From an uncultured delta proteobacterium (lineage in GTDB: Bacteria > Myxococcota > Kuafuiibacteriia > Kuafuiibacteriales > Kuafuiibacteriaceae), in contig CAWDML010000008.1 of the NCBI GenBank assembly GCA_963803435.1, positions 384,001 to 448,000 on the forward strand: DNA of 64,000 nt, read 5' to 3'. A model generated the notes under the pieces. It saw nothing but the letters and a program-made list of their open reading frames with translations, made no database searches and had not been told where the DNA came from. This document shows positions 57,426 to 64,000 of this stretch, piece by piece. The position numbers and the translations under genes were made by a program. Each line of letters opens with the position of its first letter. The stretch's first letter is position 1.

Positions 57426-58264
57426 TTGGTCCTCGAGCCCGGCTCGGGCTCCGCGATGCTGCGCGTGACCACGACGGCACGCTCGCTGGCCGCGTGGGCG
57501 ACCGCGGCGCTGAGCCGGGTCCGGTAGCCCTCGGGGGCCCCGTCGAGGATGTTGGAGAGCGTGAACCCGTCGAAGCTGCCCGGGGCGCAGGACTCCAGAA
57601 AGGAGGCGGCGTCGGCCGCGACAAAATGGATCCGCTGCGCGCTTCGCTCGCTGATCGGCGCGGCGGGCGGCGGTTCGGAGAGCTCGCCGAGGAGCAGGGC
57701 GCGGGCGTACGGGTTCGTCTTGTTGGGGTGGGTCGCGAAGCACCGCTCGAGGCGGGCGCGCAGGACCTGGCCGAAGCGAGCGGGCAGCACCTCGAGGAAC
57801 GGAGAGGCGTAGATCGCATTCAGGCGGGACGCCGAGAGCAGCACGTCGGTGGCGGTCCGGAAGGCGAGGCCGTTCAGACGGCGGTTCCAGAACACGAGCT
57901 GCTGGATCGGATCCTCCAGCGCGAGGAACGTCTCGATGGTGCTCCGGCGCCAGCCGAACAGGGCCATCAGGTTCCGTCCGATGCCCATCACGCGCTCGGC
58001 GGAGCCGTGCTCGGCAGTCTCACCGGCGGCGCGGGCGCGGGCGTATTCGAGCTGGATCGGGTTGATGTCGACGGCGGTGACGCTGCGACCGGGCGCGAGC
58101 GCCCGCGCCATGTCACCGGCCGAGGCGATGCAGAAGACGCGGGAGCCTTCGGGGAACGCGGCCTGCTCGATCGCGCTGTCCTCGTACATGCGACCGAACA
58201 GGATCTTCTTCGGCCCCGACCCCGCGTCGAAGCGTCCGGACCTCCAGGGCGTCTCGGCACGCAT
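57353..58264 (-). CDS. DUF3419/BtaA-like SAM-binding protein
   Basis: MYED, VFCIASAG, AVDINPIQL, NPY and FDGFTLSNILD. Confidence 0.65.
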   Translation of the reverse strand: MRAETPWRSGRFDAGSGPKKILFGRMYEDSAIEQAAFPEGSRVFCIASAGDMARALAPGRSVTAVDINPIQLEYARARAAGETAEHGSAERVMGIGRNLMALFGWRRSTIETFLALEDPIQQLVFWNRRLNGLAFRTATDVLLSASRLNAIYASPFLEVLPARFGQVLRARLERCFATHPNKTNPYARALLLGELSEPPPAAPISERSAQRIHFVAADAASFLESCAPGSFDGFTLSNILDGAPEGYRTRLSAAVAHAASERAVVVTRSIAEPEPGSRTNQAMRDRSILWGIVDVRPVHPASA

Positions 58265-58269
58265 GCTGC

Positions 58270-58644
58270 TCAGCCCGCTCCGGTCGACTGCGCCGCGACC
58301 ACCCAGGCGAGGACCAGGAAGGCCGCGTTCTTCACCACCATGCCGCCGGGATCCGGGATGATGCGACGGGCGAAGAGCAGGCCGCCGGAGTTCATCGAGA
58401 TGAGGAGCACCGTCTGGGTGAGCGCGGCCGCGGTCGGCTGCCATCCGGTGAGCACCCAGGCCGCGAGCCCACACTCCACGACACCGATCAGCCGGAGCAG
58501 CCACTTGGCCGCCGATCGGTCGAAGAGGGGAACAGCGTCGACGACGTCGAGCTGGTGCGGGACACCGCCCAGCAACTTGCACCAGAGGCCTTCGTACAGC
58601 CAAACGGCGGCGACGGCAATCCGGCTGAGGAGGAGCGGAGGCAT
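58270..58644 (-). CDS. DoxX-like membrane protein
   Basis: AAVWLYEGLWCKL, IGVVE and VVKN. Confidence 0.7.
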   Translation of the reverse strand: MPPLLLSRIAVAAVWLYEGLWCKLLGGVPHQLDVVDAVPLFDRSAAKWLLRLIGVVECGLAAWVLTGWQPTAAALTQTVLLISMNSGGLLFARRIIPDPGGMVVKNAAFLVLAWVVAAQSTGAG

Positions 58645-58719
58645 CGGCTCCGTCTACCACGCTCGCGCGCGCTTGTCGGCGGTCGAAGCGCCGGCCAGAA
58701 TCCGGGGTGAAGCCTCCGC

Positions 58720-59685
58720 GTGTCTGCTTCCGCTGTCACCTGGCCCGGCTACGCGGCTTGGGCCGAGACCGTCGCCGCGAGCCGAGAGGAGTTCGTGCGC
58801 GTGGCGAGAAGCTTCTGGTTGATCCCGGAGCTCATCCCTCCGACCACGCGCGAGGATGTGGCTCTGCTTTACTGCCTGTGCCGCAGGCTCGACGACTCCG
58901 TCGACGAGGCCCCCGATCCCGCTCAGGCGCGGGACGCCCTCGAGCGATGGCGTGGCGAGCTCCGCGGACGAGCGCCGCCGCGTCCCTTGGTCGCAGCCTT
59001 CCTGGCGGGCACCCGACGGACGGGGCTTCCGCTCCAGTGCGTCGATCTTCTGCTCGAAGGGATGGCGTTCGACCTGAGCGTGGTGCGCGTGGCGAACGAC
59101 GCAGAGCTCCTTCGCTATTCGTATCGCGTGAGCTCGGCGGTCGGGCTCATGCTCGCTCCGCTCCTCGGGATACGCGGCGTCGAGGCCGAGCGTCGCGTGG
59201 TCGATCTCGGGCTCGCGCTCCAGGTCAGCAACATTCTCCTCGGTCTCGAGAGCGACGCGCGTCGTGGGCGTGTCTATCTGCCGGCCAATCGTCTCGCCGC
59301 GGTGGGCTTGGCGCCAGGGGACGTGCTCGCTCATCCGCACGACCGCCGGCTTCGCCCGGTGCTGCGCGGGTTGGCGCGGATGGCCGGCCGCTATTACGCG
59401 AGCGCGGAGCTCGGCGCTGCCGTGGTACCGCTGAGATACCGACACGGCGTGATGCTGCTCGGGCGCGTCTATGATGGGCTCGGACGGCGGGCGGCCCTCC
59501 GGGGCGCGGCCCCTCCGACGCCGGCCGGGCTCTCACTGGTGACCAGAATTCGCCACCTCACCGCGCTCGCCTTGAGCGCCGCACACCCGCGGGTCCTCGG
59601 CCTCGCGGCGCCTCCGCCGCACGACCCGGCGTTGCACCGCGCCATCGCCGGCTGGCCAGGCGCCAACGCAAGGGCGACCGCATGA
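58720..59685 (+). CDS. Phytoene/squalene synthase family protein
   Basis: ARSF, LYCLCRRLDDSVDE, YSYRVSSAVG, LGLALQVSNI and RGRVYLP. Confidence 0.85.
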   Translation: MSASAVTWPGYAAWAETVAASREEFVRVARSFWLIPELIPPTTREDVALLYCLCRRLDDSVDEAPDPAQARDALERWRGELRGRAPPRPLVAAFLAGTRRTGLPLQCVDLLLEGMAFDLSVVRVANDAELLRYSYRVSSAVGLMLAPLLGIRGVEAERRVVDLGLALQVSNILLGLESDARRGRVYLPANRLAAVGLAPGDVLAHPHDRRLRPVLRGLARMAGRYYASAELGAAVVPLRYRHGVMLLGRVYDGLGRRAALRGAAPPTPAGLSLVTRIRHLTALALSAAHPRVLGLAAPPPHDPALHRAIAGWPGANARATA

Positions 59686-60606
59686 GGACGCGGCTCCAGA
59701 TTGTGACCGGCAAGGGCGGCGTGGGGAAGTCGACCTTCTCCGCGGCTTTGGCCCTGGCAGGCGCGGCGGCGGGCCGCCGGGTGCTCGCCATCGAGATGGG
59801 CGCGCCCGGAGGTCTCGCCGCGCTGCTGGGCGTCCGCCCCGAGGTCCACGGGATCCCGGTGGTCGCCGCACCGGGCGTGTGGCTGGCCTACTACGACGGT
59901 GAGGCCGCGCTGGCGGAGTTCCTCAAGAAGCGGCTGCCCGTCGGTCGTCTCCTGGACGGACTCTTCGACCACCCGCTCTATCGGGCGATGGTCGCCGCGG
60001 GCCCGGGCGTGCGCGAGCTGATGGCGATCGGCAAGGTGCAGGACGAGCTGCTCGGCCTCTCCAGCCGCAACGGGCCCGAGTGGGATTCTGATCGTGCTCG
60101 ACGCCGGCGCTTCGGGACACGCGCTCCAGCTCCTCCGCATGCCCGCTGCCACCGCGGGTACCTTCGAGAGCGGGATCGCGCATCGCGAGGCGAGTCGGGT
60201 GGCCAGGGTGCTCGCCGATCCTGCGCGCACCGCCGTGCACGTCGTGGCGCTCCCCGAGGAGATGCCGCTCGAGGAGGCCGCCGAGGTGATCGAGCGACTC
60301 CGGTCCGAGCCGCGCTTGCCCGTCGGCCGCCTGGTGATCAACCAGTGCCGCCCGCCTGCGCCCGGCGGTGCCGCGGAGGTGGTAGCCTCGCTCCGGGCCT
60401 CGACGGCGATCGATCCGGCGCGGAGTGCCCTGTCGATCGCCGCCGGGCGTGTGCTCGGCTGGCTCCGCATCCAAGAGGACGGCATCGCCGCGCTCGAGCG
60501 TCGCGTCGGTCTGCGCGCCGAGCGACTGCCCAAGCTCGAGGTCGAGTCGTTCAGCCTGGGCGAGGTGCACCAGCTGGCCGCGCGCTTGAAGGGAGGCTTT
60601 GGATGA
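59682..60606 (+). CDS. ArsA/GET3-family ATPase 1 (apparent frameshift at 60084-60088)
   Basis: TGKGGVGKST and PGVREL. Corrected reading WDLIVLDAGASGH continues into ORF 60094..60606. Confidence 0.8.
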
Positions 60607-61724
60607 GCCTCGCCCGTATCGTCGCCGAGCACCGGGTGCTGATCTGCGTCGGCACGGGCGGCGTCGGGAAGACCACGGTCGCCGCCGCGCTCGCCCTCGG
60701 TGGCGCGCTGGCAGGACGGCGCGCCATGGTGCTCACCATCGACCCCGCACGCCAGCTTGCCCGTGCCCTGGGGCTCGCCACGCTCCGGCGCGGCGGCGAG
60801 CCGGTCCCTGCCGCGGCCCTGGCCTCCGCCGGCCTCTTCCCGGCGGGTTCGCTGAACGCCGGCATGCTCGACCAAAAGGCGGCCTGGGACGCGTTCATCT
60901 CCCGCCACGCACCCAGCACCGAGGTGCGGGACCGCCTGCTCGAGAACCCGTTCTATGACAGGCTCTCCACCTCGTTCGCCGGCTCGACCGAGTTCATGGC
61001 GATCGAGGAGCTGTGCCGCCTCGACGAGAGCGGTGAGCACGACCTCATCATCATCGACACGCCGCCCACGGGCCACGCGATCGACTTCGTTCGCGCTCCC
61101 GATCGCATGGAGAGCCTTCTCGATCCGCAGGTCGCGCGCTGGGTGACGCGCTCATACCGCGCTCTCGGACCCTCCGGTCCCCTCCAGGCCATGTCCGGGC
61201 TCGTTCGCTTCGCCTTCAATCTCGTCGTGCGCGCCTTCGGGCGCGCTGCCTTCGAGGAGGTGGCTGCCTTCTTCGTCGCGCTCGACGCGCTCTTCAGCGA
61301 CATCTCGGCGCGCGTCGATCGTGCCCGAGGCCTGCTCAAGAGCGAGCGCACCGCGTTCGTGCTGGTGGCCGGTCCCACGCCCCGCACGCTCGCCGGCAGC
61401 CGCGAGCTCTCGCGCACGATGCGCGATCTCGGCATGCCGATCCGCGGCGTGGTGATCAATCGTGTCCATCCGATGCCGAGCGAGGTCCGAGAGCCCGCGA
61501 TCGAGCGCGCACTCGCGGAGCTCGCGGCCGACGCCGAGACTTCCGCCTGGCTCCACCACACCTGGCGTGCTGCCACTGCGCGAGCGGCCGGGGAATCGGA
61601 CCGCCTGCGCGCCTTCGTCGCCGAGCTCCCACGCGGTACCTCCTGGACCGAGGTGCCCGAGCTCGAACACGACGCCCACTCTCTCGGCGACCTCGCCGTT
61701 CTCACCGCGCTGCTGCTCCGGTGA
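60603..61724 (+). CDS. ArsA/GET3-family ATPase 2
   Basis: GTGGVGKTT, TIDPARQLA, DTPPTGH and VINRV. Confidence 0.85.
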   Translation: MSLARIVAEHRVLICVGTGGVGKTTVAAALALGGALAGRRAMVLTIDPARQLARALGLATLRRGGEPVPAAALASAGLFPAGSLNAGMLDQKAAWDAFISRHAPSTEVRDRLLENPFYDRLSTSFAGSTEFMAIEELCRLDESGEHDLIIIDTPPTGHAIDFVRAPDRMESLLDPQVARWVTRSYRALGPSGPLQAMSGLVRFAFNLVVRAFGRAAFEEVAAFFVALDALFSDISARVDRARGLLKSERTAFVLVAGPTPRTLAGSRELSRTMRDLGMPIRGVVINRVHPMPSEVREPAIERALAELAADAETSAWLHHTWRAATARAAGESDRLRAFVAELPRGTSWTEVPELEHDAHSLGDLAVLTALLLR

Positions 61725-61799
61725 CGCGCTGGAGCGCCCTCGGTCGCCTCGCTGTGTTTCCATCTCGAAACGCTGCCCCGATCCGCGGAGGAGACAAAC

Positions 61800-61815
61800 T
61801 GGTACGTCGGCTGCA
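61800..61815 (+). promoter_or_regulatory. Possible sigma54 promoter
   Basis: TGGTACG-TCGG-CTGCA about 30 nt upstream of 61845. Confidence 0.35.
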
Positions 61816-61844
61816 CCCGTCAGGAGCACGCAAGGAGGTGCCTG

Positions 61845-62060
61845 ATGTCGGCCACGGTGAAAGAGATCATGAGCGGCGAGCTGTTCTTCGCACCTCCGGA
61901 CGATACGACCGATGCGATCTTGAATGGCCTGCTGAGCTTCGCGATCACGGGTGCTCCGGTGCTCGATGGCTCGGGCAGACCGCTCGGCGTGGTATCGCTG
62001 CGCGACCTGGTCGAGGGTCGCGAAGGTCGAAGCGCAGCGGAGGTGATGATGACGCCGCCA
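61845..62060 (+). pseudogene. Truncated CBS-domain protein
   Basis: RBS aggagg; VKEIMS...ITGAPVLD...GVVSLRDL...AEVM, then similarity is lost and the ORF runs antisense into the dsrE-like gene. Confidence 0.55.
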
Positions 62061-62204
62061 GCGTCGAGGATGCCGATCCCTCCCAGCGCGACGCCACCGC
62101 CCAGGGATTGCGCCCGAGGGCCGAACCGCAGCGGAACCCGCGCGCTGTCGTCTCGTGAGGTGCGAGCCGAGCGATCCGTTCCTCGAGCACGTGCCAGCTC
62201 CGCG

Positions 62205-62666
62205 TCAGGTGAAGACGATCTGAGCGCCCTCGGCCAGCGCGAAGAAGTCGCCGGCGGTGATCACGTCCTTCACCTGCGGGAGCAGGTCCTCGCGCTGCAG
62301 CTTCATCATGTCCATCGCGAGCTGGCAGCCGTAGAGCTCGCAGCCCGCCTCCTCGAGGATTTGAATCATCTCGCGAGGTCCGGGGAGATCGAGCTCCTCC
62401 ATCTTCTTCTTCATCATCTTGGCGGCAAGGTTCTCCATGCCCGGAAGGCCTGCCAGCATGGTCGGCATCGGGCTCGCCGGGTTCCCGACCATGTTCACGT
62501 GAAGGTGATCGACCTTGTTCTCCGTGACGACGTCCAGCCCGTAGAACGTGAAGAACATCATCGCCTCGATCCCGGACATCCGCGCCGCGTTGGCGAGGAT
62601 GAGCGCCGGGTAGGCCTCGTCGAGCCCGCCCTTGGAGCAAATGATCGCGACCTTGCGTTCGCTCAT
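62205..62666 (-). CDS. DsrE/DsrF/DrsH-like (DsrE2) sulfurtransferase
   Basis: YPALILANAA, FFTFYGL and YGCQLAMDMM. Confidence 0.85.
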   Translation of the reverse strand: MSERKVAIICSKGGLDEAYPALILANAARMSGIEAMMFFTFYGLDVVTENKVDHLHVNMVGNPASPMPTMLAGLPGMENLAAKMMKKKMEELDLPGPREMIQILEEAGCELYGCQLAMDMMKLQREDLLPQVKDVITAGDFFALAEGAQIVFT

Positions 62667-62676
62667 GACCGTCTCC

Positions 62677-63552
62677 TCAGATGCATCCGACCGGCTTGGG
62701 CACGCCGGCGATCCGCGCCGCGGTCAATCCGGGCGCCTTCTTGAACAGCGCGTAGACCTCCTTGGTGCTCAGCCCGGTCCCGCTCACCAGCTTCCTGACG
62801 TTGGGGCTCTGGCCGCTCTCGAGGAACGTTGCGCGCGCATAGTCGAGCACCGCCCAGTGGCGCTCCGTGAGCTCGGGGATGCCGAGTGCGTGCGCCATCT
62901 TCAGCGCGACCTCGTGGTTCCACGCGTCCGGATCGACCAGGAATCCCTCTGCGTCCAGCGCCACCCCGTCGATGACGCTCACCGCCACCGGCTTCGGGCG
63001 CGCCGGCGCCGGCGGGCCACGCGGCACGGGCGGCGGCACGCCGGTGGGCGCGAGCCTCGCAGCCAGGCGATCCCGGCCGGAGACTCGCTCCCGCTCGACG
63101 TGCCGGGCGCTGCGACCCACCTCGCGGAGCACCGCGAGCAGGACGCCCAACCCGCGCTGAACGTCCTCGTCGCGCGTGGCCCGGAGGGCTCCGAACATCC
63201 CGACCGGCCCTTCGTTCTCCGCCGACTCCACGACCTCGGACGCCTCCGACATCATCTGCAGCACCTTCGGTTGGGTCACGCTGCGCACCGTCTTCAAGAT
63301 CGAGACGATGTTGTCGCCGAGCTGGCGCAGATCCTCGGGAGAGAAGCCGGTCACCACGCGATCGAGCACCGAGGCGGCCTCGCGCCCGAATGCAAAGTAG
63401 CCCCGTCGCTCGAGCGCATCGAGCTTCTCCGTCATGACACTCATTGCGCTCTTGGCGATCGGCATCATCTCGTCGATGAGCTCTTGCTGTTTCTTCTGCC
63501 GCTCGAACAGCGCTTCGATCCGAGCGAGCAGCATCTCTTCCGTGGTGGTCAT
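62677..63552 (-). CDS. DUF1641 domain fused to a TusE/DsrC-like sulfur relay domain
   Basis: VGMFGALRATRDEDVQRGLG; DAEGFLVDPDAW...LTERHWAV...IAGVPKPVGCI. Confidence 0.8.
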   Translation of the reverse strand: MTTTEEMLLARIEALFERQKKQQELIDEMMPIAKSAMSVMTEKLDALERRGYFAFGREAASVLDRVVTGFSPEDLRQLGDNIVSILKTVRSVTQPKVLQMMSEASEVVESAENEGPVGMFGALRATRDEDVQRGLGVLLAVLREVGRSARHVERERVSGRDRLAARLAPTGVPPPVPRGPPAPARPKPVAVSVIDGVALDAEGFLVDPDAWNHEVALKMAHALGIPELTERHWAVLDYARATFLESGQSPNVRKLVSGTGLSTKEVYALFKKAPGLTAARIAGVPKPVGCI

Positions 63553-63553
63553 G

Positions 63554-64000
63554 TCAGCTCCACTTGCCTGCCGTCAGCATCCGATGATCGAGCGGCAGCT
63601 CTTTGCCGGGCAGCAGCAGGTTCCAGTAGACCCATTTGAAGGCCAGCTTGCCCCAGTGGTTGACGTGGCTCTCCTCGAGCAGGGTGAAGGGACCGACACC
63701 TGGAAGTGGGAATCGCCCCGGGAGAGGCTCCGTCTCGTAGTTGAAGTCGATCAGCATGCCCTTGTCGTGACCGGTCTCGATGAAACAGTTCGAGTGCCCG
63801 TCGAAGGATTCGCTGGGCGCGCGCCCGTTCACCCAGTCGAGCACGTTCTGCTCCACCACCTCCGACTGGAAGTGCGCGACCGAGCCGGCCTTCGATGCGG
63901 GCAGATCGGTCGCGTCGCCCAGCACGAAGATGTTCGAGCGACCCTTCGCCATCAGACTGTGCTTGTCGGTGGGCACGAAGCCCAACGCATCACCCAGTCC
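63554..64000 (-). CDS. Sulfide:quinone oxidoreductase-like flavoprotein, C-terminal part (cut by the window edge)
   Basis: FVLGDATDLPASKAGSVAH, FDGHSNCFIETG and HWGKLAFKWVYW. Confidence 0.85.
   Translation of the reverse strand, partial: GLGDALGFVPTDKHSLMAKGRSNIFVLGDATDLPASKAGSVAHFQSEVVEQNVLDWVNGRAPSESFDGHSNCFIETGHDKGMLIDFNYETEPLPGRFPLPGVGPFTLLEESHVNHWGKLAFKWVYWNLLLPGKELPLDHRMLTAGKWS

Noticed and set aside
2235-58822. Many long antisense or alternate-frame ORFs (e.g. 2235..3839, 12342..14801, 48093..49778, 55970..58822)
   Set aside because: Arg/Gly/Pro-rich shadow ORFs expected at high GC, overlapping well-supported genes.
59682-61724. A single 680-aa ArsA fusion as in the ORF track
   Set aside because: Artefact of the 1-nt insertion at about 60086; correction yields two ATGA-coupled genes.
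1-64000. CRISPR arrays, tRNA or rRNA genes
   Set aside because: No regularly spaced repeats or recognisable structural RNA seen by eye; the short hexamer arrays have no spacers.

Overview
High-GC (about 70% by eye) window, most likely from a Myxococcota genome (MYXO-CTERM-like tails, PilZ, Ser/Thr kinase, DUF2330, ECF sigma/anti-sigma/caspase operon). All family assignments are from motif recognition and memory, not database searches. The most striking region is 17.2-31.1 kb. It holds a type III secretion (T3SS)-like substrate cassette with no export apparatus in this window: a SycD/LcrH-like TPR chaperone, small translocator-like proteins and three Bsp22/EspA-like filament-subunit paralogs, with sigma54-type promoters upstream of three of these genes. 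Interleaved with it is a set of protein-tailoring enzymes: a splicease-type radical SAM/SPASM enzyme next to a protein ending in a DUF1843-like domain, two tandem GNATs, a GT-B-like protein, a sugar nucleotidyltransferase, a methyltransferase and a NodU/CmcH carbamoyltransferase. The window also contains a group 1 [NiFe]-hydrogenase/hyp operon (47.0-55.4 kb) with an inserted crotonase and no hypF, and an SQR/DUF1641-TusE/DsrE sulfur-handling cluster at the right end. Other features are an inverted-repeat-bounded element with IS1182 remnants and a mosaic region with an orphan toxin/immunity-like pair. Six frameshifts fall at GATC sites read as GATTC, which points to a systematic, probably methylation-linked, sequencing error rather than true pseudogenes.
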